Part shown: one piece after another, positions 46,215-57,100 of the stretch
How positions within the stretch are numbered: the stretch's first letter is position 1
Layout: each line of letters opens with the position of its first letter
Virus record (IMG/VR): IMGVR_UViG_3300021560_000014
Coordinates: 1-64,000 of that record
Strand: one strand, 5' to 3'
Source: a virus
DNA: 64,000 nucleotides
The notes under the pieces: generated by a model
The model's input: only the letters and a program-made list of their open reading frames with translations
Told to the model about the DNA's origin: nothing
Database searches by the model: none
Position numbers and translations under genes: made by a program

Positions 46215-48178
46215 TGGCTTCGACACTGATCGGTAACCAGCGCATGGTTGATGCCCTGATGGCAGCCAGGGTCAGGCCGGTCTCTGCCGCTCCGATGCTG
46301 GCCGCTCCGGTGGCAGCTGGCGGTTATGTGCCTCCTGCGGTGCTGCTGCGGCTGCTCGACCCGCGCCACCTGACTGACGCGCTCAACAAGGAGCCCTCCG
46401 GCGACGGCATGATGCTGCCGGTCAACGCCCTGCTCTCGATGCAGGGCTATGATCCGCTCACCAACATCGCAGCGGGGATTCAGCTCGTGTACACGGGCGA
46501 CACTCTGGCAACAGTGACCGTGCGGCACTATCACCTCATTACCTCAACGGCGGCGGGATTCAACCTCTCACTCGACCTCTCGGTCATCCCTACCCTCTCA
46601 GCCCTGGTGGCGCAGATAAATGCCACCACTGGCTATTCAGCTCAACTGGATGCCGGGGCCGACCCCAATGCCTCGCCGCTGCGCCTGATCGAGATGGACC
46701 GGCAGAACATCGGGACGCAGGCGCTCAGGATGTTCGTCTCGACCTCGGTGCTGTGGTCGATTATGAAGGCCGTCGCCTGGGCGATTGAGGATTCCTACGT
46801 CAACCTGGTCAACGGCCTGCTCGAACTCGAACCGGCCACGGCGGATGGCCGCTGGGTCGATGTCTGGGGCAGCACCTACGGCAACGTCATCAGGAACGCG
46901 GGCGAGTCCGACAATGTCTATTCGACCCGCATCATCAAGGAGGTCGTGCGCCAGCGGCTGACGGTCGCCGCGCTGGAGCTAATCCTGCCGCAGGACCTCG
47001 GCTTCCCTGCCGGGTCCGTGACCGTCTCCGGCAATCTTTACCCGCTAGTCTTCGTCGTTGGCCAGACCAAGGTCGGCAGCAAGATCCTGTGCGACCGGAT
47101 TCACTGCCGGACGGTGTTCTTCGTCAATATCGACCAGGCAGTCACTGAGGCCATGACGCCTGCGCAGTGTCAGGCGTTCCCTGCGATACTCAATCGCAAC
47201 CGCATGGCGGGCACACTGCCGGTCACTCCCTGGCTGCCATATGTGGTGTGGCCAGCGGGCTCCTATGTGGTCTATGGGGGTTACATTTTCCATGCCGCAG
47301 CTGATGCGCCAGCTGGCTTGAGTCCGATCTTCGACTCGGTCGGCGAGGCCAATAAGTGGGGCGTCTCCATCAACTTTGGCGATCTGACCAATATCGCGCC
47401 GCTGGTGCCTTATCCATGGTTCATCCTGACCCCGCTGCCAGTCGGGCCGATTACACCTCCGGGGCCTCCGGGGTTGCAGTTCACCGCCCCGGTAATCAGT
47501 ACGGCCAGCGTGAGCATGACCGTCACGACGGCCCCGATACCTTACAACACAGTCGTGCTCAATGACGGTCCTGCCGCCTTCTGGCCTTTGGATGATGGAG
47601 CTGGTTCGAGTTCGACGCGGGAACTCGTCGGCAATGTAACCGGGACACCGACCAACATCACCTTCGGCGCAGCTGGCGCGACCAGCGACGGCGCTACAGC
47701 TGCATCATTCGATGGGGCGACGAGTCAGATCACGATCCCCAACCTGTGGGGAGGCAATCAATTTCCTCTGCTGCCGATCACTGTCGAGTTCTTCGTCAAA
47801 GGCTCGACGACGAGTCCAATCGGCATTTTTGACACCTTCCCCTCTAGCGCTGGTATGCGCAACTACCCGGCAGGTCAGTACGGCTATGTCAGCTATGCCA
47901 CCTATAACCTCGGCCTGCCGGACACCAACTGGCATCACGTCGCTTTCGTCATGTACTACACGACGCAGCGGATGCTTGATTATTACCTCGACGGTGTGCT
48001 CGTCCGCTCGACTTCCGACACTTCAGGCAACAACTACACGGGCTTCGGCACGCCGGGCATGCTCGGCAACATCAACACTGGCGGCGCGGGCTGGTTTGCG
48101 GGCTCGCTGGCAAAGGTGGCGATTTACAACAAGCAGCTGACTGCGACGCAGATCGCGAATCACTACGCGCGCAGATGA
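46214..48178 (+). CDS. Baseplate wedge (gpI-like) protein with C-terminal LamG domain
   Basis: TADG.W.D.WG..YG...R..GESD..Y..RI; FWPLDD...WHHV......YLDG...VAIYNK.L....I..HY. Confidence 0.75.
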   Translation: MASTLIGNQRMVDALMAARVRPVSAAPMLAAPVAAGGYVPPAVLLRLLDPRHLTDALNKEPSGDGMMLPVNALLSMQGYDPLTNIAAGIQLVYTGDTLATVTVRHYHLITSTAAGFNLSLDLSVIPTLSALVAQINATTGYSAQLDAGADPNASPLRLIEMDRQNIGTQALRMFVSTSVLWSIMKAVAWAIEDSYVNLVNGLLELEPATADGRWVDVWGSTYGNVIRNAGESDNVYSTRIIKEVVRQRLTVAALELILPQDLGFPAGSVTVSGNLYPLVFVVGQTKVGSKILCDRIHCRTVFFVNIDQAVTEAMTPAQCQAFPAILNRNRMAGTLPVTPWLPYVVWPAGSYVVYGGYIFHAAADAPAGLSPIFDSVGEANKWGVSINFGDLTNIAPLVPYPWFILTPLPVGPITPPGPPGLQFTAPVISTASVSMTVTTAPIPYNTVVLNDGPAAFWPLDDGAGSSSTRELVGNVTGTPTNITFGAAGATSDGATAASFDGATSQITIPNLWGGNQFPLLPITVEFFVKGSTTSPIGIFDTFPSSAGMRNYPAGQYGYVSYATYNLGLPDTNWHHVAFVMYYTTQRMLDYYLDGVLVRSTSDTSGNNYTGFGTPGMLGNINTGGAGWFAGSLAKVAIYNKQLTATQIANHYARR

Positions 48179-48203
48179 GATTGGGTTGGGTTGAGGGTCC
48201 TCT

Positions 48204-51200
48204 ATGAAGAAACTAATCGCGCTCCTTTTCATGCTCGTGGCCACGCTCGCGTGGGCGCAGACTGAGACTCCTCAGCCGTACAAACCCATCCCGAATTACA
48301 CCGGAGTGGGGGCCGGGCAGAAGCTGCTCGATGATATAAACGGCAAGCTCGCAGGCCCGGATGTCGTCCAGCCCGCGCTGGTCAAGCTCTATTTCGCCCA
48401 TCTGCCAGCTGAGAAAAACGGCCAGATGTACTATGTGATCGACGGCATGCCGGGCAGCAGCCCGTGCACTGGGGGAGGGGGTGGTGCAATCGCGACTGGC
48501 ATAAGTGGCCAGTGGTCCTGCAGTGGGGGAGGGGGAGGTGGTGGTGCGATGCCGGTCCCCTGCATTGGGAACATCCCGCTCGTCAGTGGGGTCGGGGCTT
48601 ATACTGCCAGCTGTGTGGGCACTGCCAGCTATTGCTCTTGCCGCGATACGACCAATCCCGCATTCACCTGCTATACTGGCAACCCTGTCACGGGCAGCGT
48701 CGCGGTCACTGGCAACGGCAATGACAACGCCCAGGTCATGTGTTCGACCACCTCGCCGACGTACCCGAGCGTCACCAACTACGTCGGCCCGGTGAACATA
48801 GCTGGCAACTCGGCCAATGGTACGGATGTTATCTCGGGCGTCAACGGCGTCTTACCCAACGCGCTGAACATGCAGGCGTTTGGCTATAAGACCGATGCGC
48901 GCAGTGACATTACGTGTGCTATCAATAACCTCGGCGGCAGTCCGGGGACCGTTACTGGCTGCACCGTGCTGGCCCTTACCTCCGCTGACGTTGGCCATCC
49001 GTTTCGGGCAGTCTGGCCAGGCTCGCCTTATGGCGCGAACGTCTCTGGTAGCGGTACTGGTAACCTCACGCCGTGTATTGCCTCAGTCACCGACGTGGCA
49101 AGTTTTGTCTATGGTGTGATCACTCACTGGACGCCTTCCTCCGTGATCGCGACTGGCAAGACCATCGAGGACTCCAATGGGAACACTGAGACAGCCACTA
49201 CAGGAGGCACTACGGGAACCTCCAAGTGGGGACCAACCTGGCCTGTCACGCAGGGGACGACTACCACTGACGGGTCAGTGTTGTGGACGTTGACCTCCCT
49301 GGGCTCGACTGGGGCTTGTCAGCAGGCGCCCTACCCCGGTACGTCGCAGACTGGCGTTTACGTGCAGACTGGCACTGACGACTTGTGGCCCATAATGCGC
49401 GCCGTGTTGTCGGTCGGGCCTGTGGGCAGTAACGCAGTCTATCCCATAAAGCTCTTTTTCAGCAGTGGTGTAGGCATGATAACTGACACCATTGAGCTGC
49501 GAGGGCGCAGTGGCGAGATCGGTGGCATCGGGTCGTTCCAGAGTTCGGCGCTGGCGACGCTGGTGTGGGATGGCCCGCGTGGGCATCCGGCCATGCGGGT
49601 GCATGGTGATACTGGGCTGTGGGTCCATGACTTTTACTTCATTCCCAACAGCAGCTCCAACAACCGATGGTCAGCCTGCGTTGACACGTTGCAGGACACA
49701 CAGCTGAACGCGTTCGACCGAATCGAGCGCATCAACTGCAATCCCGACTATGGCCCTCAGCCGGACTGGGGGTATGTCAACAACCTGCCGACACTCAAGT
49801 ATGGCACCTATGGCCTGGAGTTCGACCCTGACAGTACAGGGCAGAACGACCGCCTGCAGATCAACCAGCTGAGCACTGGGCGCGATGAGACCTGCTTCTT
49901 CGTTGGACAGCAGCAGATCGATACCGACGTAATCATGGATAGCACCTGCACGGCGGGGAGCAATACCTGCTTCGTGGACGATGCCGGAGGCCAAATCACC
50001 TTCCGCGATAATTCCTGTCTAGGCAATGGGTTGAGCTACTCCTTCGGTGGCGGTGTCAGGGTGTTCATTGACATGCCGACTTATCAGGCCGGTCCCGCGT
50101 GGCAAGGCGAGCAGATACCGTTCAGCCTGCAGCTGCTCCGTTTTGACAGTGGAGCTACGGTCGGTATGAATGGTCAGGCACCCGTGTCCGGCTCGCACAC
50201 GCCGGATAATGGCGTCACAATCGACACCGCAGGCAGAGGCATTCTCCCGGTTTATCCTGGCAACAGCGCTACGGTGGTGGCCAATCAGGTTGTTCAGCTG
50301 GCACCTAACTGGCCTGACTGGGAGCCTTCCCTGGGCGCTGCCCTGCCGAGCTTCGAGGCGTGGTGGCCGTCGAGTCCGTTCGGCAGCCGGACCATCATCC
50401 TGCCAGTGAACAATAACCCCAACTTGGATTACTTCATCGTCAATCCGATCCCTTCCTCCGCCAGCCCCATCGGCATCACCGGCCTGACTGAGCCGAATTG
50501 GAACAGCATCTGTCCGACCATCGGCATGAATTGTACTGACTCACAGACTGGCCATGCGGGTATCACATGGACCAACTACGGGCCGATTCCACCGCAGTAC
50601 GTTGTAGTCCCCAGCGTCGGCAACCCTGGACGCTTCGCCTTTCTGCTTACTGGCAGTGGGACGACTGGAACTGCTCCGCCCATATGGCCGCAGGCGGTGG
50701 GGTCACCAATCGTCGATGGGACAGCCAATTGGCTCAACATCGGCGTGCTGCCGACCAATCCCGGCCTGTTCGCCTTCCGTGCCTCGGCGGCCTGTACTAC
50801 TGGCTCGACTCCGCCCACAGCGTTCTCTCAGGCGCTCAATGGCACTACGTCTGATGGCGGCTGCTCTTGGGTCACTACTTACGGCGGAGTGTTTACCAAT
50901 GGTATCTGGCAAGGCACGAACGCCACGACCACGAACGTGCTGGATATGGCAAATGCCGGTATCGCTCAGGGTAGTGGAGGGACTGGCGACGCGGCCTCGG
51001 TGGCCGAGACCTATATCGACATGACACCGATCAACGGCAACTCCAGCCTGCCTCACACTGCCCTTTATGCTGGGTCGCAGTACGGCTTTGGCAAGCCCGG
51101 CGTCCTGCGCATCCGTACTGGTCTGGACAACAGCGGCACGAGCAACCGGCAGAACCAGATCATCTACCGGCGCGGCACTTATGGCGCATCGGCGGCAGGA

Positions 51201-52280
51201 GAGGTCACGGAGGAGACGATACCAGGGAATAGTCAGGTCTTTCAGACTTACCGCAGAGACTTGAATGGTAAGGTCAACGTAAACGGCGGCCCGCTCGCGC
51301 TCAATCAGTTGCCTGCTCCTACTACTCCGGCATCGGGCACCTGCATGGTCCCGGCCTGGGTTGCCAGCACTCCAGTCTTCAACCGCTGGGTGATAAAGCC
51401 GACAGCTGGCAACGCTGGTGCCTACTTCTTTCAGAACCAGACCGGGGCGACGTTCACTACTGGCACGACTCAACCGGCCACCTGGAATCAGACCGTTGGC
51501 GGCACGACATCGGACAATGGCAATCTCTGGACGAACGTGGGCAGCGGTGCGTCTGGAAGTCCCGGCGTTGGGGCTGCGGGGCTATATCGTGTCAAGACTA
51601 CCTGGCGCGCTGGGACTGGCGCGCTGCCGGGGGAGACGACTGCGAGCCCTGAGGCGACTGTCGCCTGTGGCCCGACTGACTCCCAGGTTCCGTCTGCCAC
51701 GACTGGTGTCCCGACCACCTATGGGGTCGCGATCACCTTCACCAATTATGTCGTGCAGGGGCCTGACTCAATTGGAGTCTACGCCACCACTGGTGCCGCG
51801 AACGCGGAAGCACTCAGCGTGATCACGCCGCTCGATACCTTCGGGGGCAATGGCAATACCGGGGGCTCGTTCAACCTGCCGGTCGCCCGTATAGTGCCGC
51901 CGCCGTGGGTGGTCAGTACGGTCCATGCAATCAACGATGTCATGAAGCCTGTAAACAACAATGCGGGCGGTTTCACTTATGTAGAGGTCAATCCGTACTG
52001 CCGTTCGAGCACCACCACGGAGCCGACCTGGTCGCAGGTTATTGCCGCTGCCACTACAGATGGCGAATGCTCGTGGGTCAATATCGGGCTGGGTACGCCG
52101 CCGACAGTCAACTCGACTACACCGCTGCAATGGGGCATCCCGGACGTTGCGCTCGGGGGCGGCGCGGCTCCGACGTTGGGCACGATTGGCGGCAGCGGCC
52201 CGGCTACGGCTGCACAGAATTCATGGCTTCAGCTGAAGGACTCAACTGGCGCGAACGTCTGGGTACCGATCTGGAAGTGA
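48204..52280 (+). CDS. Fibre or adhesin-like protein with signal peptide
   Basis: MKKLIALLFMLVATLAWA; Gly/Thr/Cys-rich; repeated W....G....DG...W...G modules. Confidence 0.7.
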   Translation: MKKLIALLFMLVATLAWAQTETPQPYKPIPNYTGVGAGQKLLDDINGKLAGPDVVQPALVKLYFAHLPAEKNGQMYYVIDGMPGSSPCTGGGGGAIATGISGQWSCSGGGGGGGAMPVPCIGNIPLVSGVGAYTASCVGTASYCSCRDTTNPAFTCYTGNPVTGSVAVTGNGNDNAQVMCSTTSPTYPSVTNYVGPVNIAGNSANGTDVISGVNGVLPNALNMQAFGYKTDARSDITCAINNLGGSPGTVTGCTVLALTSADVGHPFRAVWPGSPYGANVSGSGTGNLTPCIASVTDVASFVYGVITHWTPSSVIATGKTIEDSNGNTETATTGGTTGTSKWGPTWPVTQGTTTTDGSVLWTLTSLGSTGACQQAPYPGTSQTGVYVQTGTDDLWPIMRAVLSVGPVGSNAVYPIKLFFSSGVGMITDTIELRGRSGEIGGIGSFQSSALATLVWDGPRGHPAMRVHGDTGLWVHDFYFIPNSSSNNRWSACVDTLQDTQLNAFDRIERINCNPDYGPQPDWGYVNNLPTLKYGTYGLEFDPDSTGQNDRLQINQLSTGRDETCFFVGQQQIDTDVIMDSTCTAGSNTCFVDDAGGQITFRDNSCLGNGLSYSFGGGVRVFIDMPTYQAGPAWQGEQIPFSLQLLRFDSGATVGMNGQAPVSGSHTPDNGVTIDTAGRGILPVYPGNSATVVANQVVQLAPNWPDWEPSLGAALPSFEAWWPSSPFGSRTIILPVNNNPNLDYFIVNPIPSSASPIGITGLTEPNWNSICPTIGMNCTDSQTGHAGITWTNYGPIPPQYVVVPSVGNPGRFAFLLTGSGTTGTAPPIWPQAVGSPIVDGTANWLNIGVLPTNPGLFAFRASAACTTGSTPPTAFSQALNGTTSDGGCSWVTTYGGVFTNGIWQGTNATTTNVLDMANAGIAQGSGGTGDAASVAETYIDMTPINGNSSLPHTALYAGSQYGFGKPGVLRIRTGLDNSGTSNRQNQIIYRRGTYGASAAGEVTEETIPGNSQVFQTYRRDLNGKVNVNGGPLALNQLPAPTTPASGTCMVPAWVASTPVFNRWVIKPTAGNAGAYFFQNQTGATFTTGTTQPATWNQTVGGTTSDNGNLWTNVGSGASGSPGVGAAGLYRVKTTWRAGTGALPGETTASPEATVACGPTDSQVPSATTGVPTTYGVAITFTNYVVQGPDSIGVYATTGAANAEALSVITPLDTFGGNGNTGGSFNLPVARIVPPPWVVSTVHAINDVMKPVNNNAGGFTYVEVNPYCRSSTTTEPTWSQVIAAATTDGECSWVNIGLGTPPTVNSTTPLQWGIPDVALGGGAAPTLGTIGGSGPATAAQNSWLQLKDSTGANVWVPIWK

Positions 52281-52296
52281 GCGGGAGGGGAAGGTC

Positions 52297-54117
52297 ATGA
52301 GATACCTTGCGGCGATACTAGTCACGATCTGCGTTCTGCTAAACCCTCACCCAGTCAGGGCTGAGATCGGCGGTGGTGCGGGCATCGGCAATTTCACCGG
52401 AGCGGTCGGAGTCACTGGCAACTCGGGCAATGGCAGCGATCACATCAACAAGGTCTGCCGCGATGGCGTTTGTCCGGTGACCGCGTTTGGGGCAGTCGGC
52501 AATGGCACTGCGGATGACACCGCAGCGGTGCAGGCAACCTACAATGCGTGCGCCTCGGGCCAGCGGGTCTACTTCCCGCGTGGGAATTACAAGATCACTT
52601 CCCAGGTGACGATCCCAACTGCTGCGGGCACTGGCGTCTGTCCGACGGTCGGCGATGACTGGACCGGCCTGGTGACTGGCTATGGCCAGACCCCCAATGT
52701 GCAAGGCTCGGTGATCAACTGTGCCATGACCTCGGGGACCTGCCTCGATTATGAGCCCCCTGGCGGCTACGGAGCGCCGCTGGTCTTTCGCGGCATCGTG
52801 TTCACGGGGCCTGGTACTGGCACGGCGACCTGCTTCCAGGACGGTAACTCCACTGGCGCGGCGTCGGATAATTTCGGGAAGAAGGAACACGTCGGCTTCG
52901 TCAACTGCGCGGTCGGCTACGCCTTCAATGGCGAGGACAACGAGCTTGACCATCTGGTGTTCTGGGGCAACAACGTCGGCATGCTGTGGGCGCAGACCAC
53001 CGCGAATGAGAATACGCTGCCCGCGCTGGAGCTGAACGGCAATAACACCGGGATGTCAGTCACCGCGACCAACTACGGCAACCGGATTTTAGGCGGCCTG
53101 ATACAGTCCAATGGCACTGGCATCTCCATGACCATGGCCTCCTTCGCGGTGTCGTGGGACATCCGCATCAATGACATGGAGTCCAATACCAACCACGGGA
53201 TGCAGCTGAAGCTGAAGGACAGCATCGTCAACGTGGTCCATGGAGGCGTATCGAACTGCAGCACGAACCCCTGCACTGGGGACACGGTCGAGTTCACGGG
53301 GACCTTCTCCACGGTGCTGGAGGAGTCGCTGCTGTCTCAGGGTGCGCTGCAATGCACCGGCTCCCAGCTCCTGATGATCGCGAACTACACCCAGGGGATA
53401 GTCAACTCCGGCTGTAACCTCCAGAACTGGGGTGACTTTGGCATTCCGGGGCTGAACTTCAGGAACGGTACCGGGAACGTGGTCCCGCCCTGGTACGCGA
53501 GCGGCCTCGAACTCTCAAACCTGAGTGCTTCAGCTACCAATGCGGTTCGGGCGTTTGGCTCCACTACCGTCTCCGGCGAGTTGGACACGGTGAACGCAGG
53601 CGGCGGTCCTGTCGGGGTCTCATACAACGGCAGCTGTGGCCACGTAGTGATTCAACCGGGCACCTTTACCGCGACCTTTACCGTCCCCACCCCTCAGGCG
53701 GCCTGCAATAACACGACCAGCTGTACCCTCAAGGACGACGGCGCTACCAACCTGGTGAACACTGGTGCTGGTCAGTCCTGGCTCTCCACTGGCTATGTCG
53801 CTTATGGCCAAATCTCGGGGGCCTGTTCCTGGTACGTGGCGACTGGGCTGCCGATCAATACTGGGTCGAACGCCGCAACCATTGGTTACAGCTGGGGCTC
53901 AGCCGGGAACATCATTGGGCAGAGTGGATCGAATGTGCAGCTGGGCAATTCGACCACCTTCCTCCAGCCGATGAATCCGCTGACCGCCCTGGGCGGCGGC
54001 GCTGCGCCGACCCTCGGCACAATCGGTGGCACTGGTCCGGCGACCGCCGCGCAGAATACGTGGCTGAAGATGACGGATTCCACTGGGGCGAGCTTCTTTC
54101 TGCCCGCGTGGAAGTGA
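52297..54117 (+). CDS. Pectate lyase 3-like tailspike or beta-helix protein with signal peptide
   Basis: FGAVGNGTADDTAAVQA...VYFPRGNYKIT; hydrophobic N-terminus. Confidence 0.8.
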   Translation: MRYLAAILVTICVLLNPHPVRAEIGGGAGIGNFTGAVGVTGNSGNGSDHINKVCRDGVCPVTAFGAVGNGTADDTAAVQATYNACASGQRVYFPRGNYKITSQVTIPTAAGTGVCPTVGDDWTGLVTGYGQTPNVQGSVINCAMTSGTCLDYEPPGGYGAPLVFRGIVFTGPGTGTATCFQDGNSTGAASDNFGKKEHVGFVNCAVGYAFNGEDNELDHLVFWGNNVGMLWAQTTANENTLPALELNGNNTGMSVTATNYGNRILGGLIQSNGTGISMTMASFAVSWDIRINDMESNTNHGMQLKLKDSIVNVVHGGVSNCSTNPCTGDTVEFTGTFSTVLEESLLSQGALQCTGSQLLMIANYTQGIVNSGCNLQNWGDFGIPGLNFRNGTGNVVPPWYASGLELSNLSASATNAVRAFGSTTVSGELDTVNAGGGPVGVSYNGSCGHVVIQPGTFTATFTVPTPQAACNNTTSCTLKDDGATNLVNTGAGQSWLSTGYVAYGQISGACSWYVATGLPINTGSNAATIGYSWGSAGNIIGQSGSNVQLGNSTTFLQPMNPLTALGGGAAPTLGTIGGTGPATAAQNTWLKMTDSTGASFFLPAWK

Positions 54118-54128
54118 GGAGGGGTCTA

Positions 54129-57100
54129 ATGATTAAGCGGCTGATAATCGCGGCGGTGCTCCTGCTGTCATTCCATGTGCCAGCTCATGCGCAGTACCAG
54201 AACATCCCGAATTACGGCAACAACTGCACCATCCTGCCCGACCAGCCGGGCAATGCAGGCTATTGTTTTCGCTCCGACGTGAACGGCAACGGCTCGGGCG
54301 CGCGGGCGACCTCGCCGCAGCTGGTGCATCTGTATGCCAATCAGCTGCCAGCGACGGTGGTCAACGGCCAGATGTACTACATCAATGACGGCACGGTCGG
54401 CTCGCCCTGCACAGGTGGCGGCACTGGTGCAATCGCGCAGGGCATCAATGGCGTATGGGTCTGCACCGGATCTGCAGCACCTCCTGTACCGCCGAGCCTG
54501 GTCTCGACCACGGTCTGGAATCCCTGGCAAACCTCGAAGGCGGAGCGGATCGGGACGGGCACCGGCTCGGCTGGACCGTACAACCTTACGCTCGCGCATA
54601 CTGCGGTGATTGGGGGCCTGGGGGCCGCACAGCCTGTCACCTTGTATGTCAACGGCGTGGCGCAGGGCACGGACTATTGGGGAGCTGGCCAGATCACGGG
54701 CTCGGGCATCTCCGGTACCTCCTGTGGCATTGACTACGAGCTGGGGACGCTGAACAACTGCACGTTCACAGCCGTAGTCGGCTCCGGCGTGGCCATAACC
54801 ATAAGCTATACCTACGCGATGCCGCCCTCGACGCAGATCGCCGGGTATGTCGGACAGATGCAGGGCCTTTCCAACGTCACCGCGTGGGGTGCAGTGGGTA
54901 GCGGCAACGGCATCGGATGCACCGCGACAGCTGGCAGCGCGGTGCTGCCGTGTAGCGGAGCGATACCCGCCAACCTCGTGACCAACCGCTACGTCGAGGT
55001 CGTCGGGGGCGGCTCGAATGCCGCCTGGAACCCCTGGGGCACTTACACACCGCCTGCGCCGAACACGGCGGCAATCGTTGCGGGTAGCCAGACCATCACG
55101 CTGACAACGTCGGAAGTCGTGCCGAAGGGCGAGCCCATCACGATTGCTGGCAATGGCATTGTGGGCGGACCTCTTACCACCTTCACTACAGGCAACTGCA
55201 ACCCCTGTACTTCGCTCACGATTAACGCACCGCCGCAGGGCGCGAATGGCACCTATGCCGTGACCTTTGGCCCGACTGTCTCGCCCAAGACGTGGACACG
55301 CGTCCCCATTACCTTCCCGCAGTTCTTTGCCCCGATCAACACTGCCCAGGGCGCGGGCAACGACTACGGCTCCTATGAGGGATGCACTATCGACGCGGCG
55401 GCGAGTCTGCCTGCATTTCAGAATAATCATGCCTATGCCGCTGGTGATGTGGTCGGCGCGGCGATCTCGATCACTGACCGTGCAGGACAAAGCAACCCAG
55501 CAACGGGTATTTATTATGTGCCAGCCAATGGAGCTGGTACCTCGGCGACGAGCGGCGCACCGACCTGGCCCACCGTATGGGGCAACGCTGTCCTGACTGG
55601 TACAGCGCACCTTTCCCTGGTGGGCCTGGCCGCACCTTCAACCAATAACACGGCGAACACCGGCTGTGCTCAGGTCTACGGCTATCGCTTCTACCCGGTC
55701 GATCATCTCGGGCGTATCGGCACGCCGAGCCCGATCTACTACACCACCCATCAGCCGGTCATGAATTCGGACGGGCCAGCGGTATTCGGCACTGACAACC
55801 GTATCCTCCTCCAGTGGACCGACCCGCCTGACCCCATGCTCTACGCCAACATCATCACGCGCTGCAAAGGCTCCGGCTGTACGCCGACGACGACCATCCA
55901 CGCAATTGTGCCCACGCGCTTCGATAACCTGACCAACTGGCTGTGGGACATGACCAACTACGACACGGGCACGAGGGTCGATCCATCGGGGACGCGTCAG
56001 ATAACCGTCCCGGCGACGCTGCCATCGCCGCAAAACGTCAATGGCGTCTATATCGTCACGCAGTCGGGCACCTCGCTGACGCTCTCCGCGCCAATGACGA
56101 CCTCCGGCCCGGTCTATGTCATGTCGGATGACTGGCCCGCCGCGCAGGCAGCAGTCCGTTATGGCTGCGCGGTCGAGCGGATCAAGAGCGCGGGCAATCC
56201 CTCGGTTTACTTTCCGGCCAGTGCTGGCTGGCTCCTGGGGCAGCCGCTGCAAATGATTGGCTGCAATGGCCCCCACGTCTATGGCGCGGGCGGCGCGATG
56301 GGGACCGGCTCGGGCGCGACGACCATCAACTATATCGGGCCTCCGGGTGGCGTGGCACTGGATGTCGATATGGCGCGCGACGGTGAATATGACCACATGA
56401 ACCTGTCGAACAACAGCGGCAACAATGCTGATGTGTCGCTGCCCGGTTTCTGGATCGATGACGACCGCTATGGCTATTCGGGTGTCACGAACACCGCCAA
56501 CAATTATCACGACATGAGCTTTGGCGCGGCAGGCGATCACGTCATCGACATTTCGCGGGCCAACCCTACGGGTAACGTCGAGAACCACCTGTTCACCAAC
56601 CTGGAGATGCACTGCCGCTTCGGCCTGACCACCCAGGGCATGGGCTGGAGCGAGAGCGCCATCAGCATCAACAGCTACCTCTCAGCAGCTGGACAGACCA
56701 ATCTGGAGAAATTCAAGAATGTGTTCCCGACCTGCTCCTCAATTGGCTGGGCGTCGTACTTTTCCGGTGAAATCGAAATCGACAACCTGAACGGCTGGGG
56801 GAACTCATCGAGCCTCACTCCGCCCAATGGCGTCCCGTTCATCTTCCTGCTCGGCTCGGCCAAGCAGTTCCTGATAAAGGGCGCATATGACGAGAATGGC
56901 GGCAAGCTCGCGGAGATCTACGGGGTCGTGAACATGCTGTTCCGTATTCAGGACTCCGACTGGATCGGCAACGCGGTGACGCAGCCTGACAGCTCCTTTC
57001 CCATCATGATTACCGGCACTGGTAGGGGAGATGGCGGCTTCCTCGACCTTGACCACATTGAACTGAACCACACACTGGGCACGCCGATTTATCCGAATTT

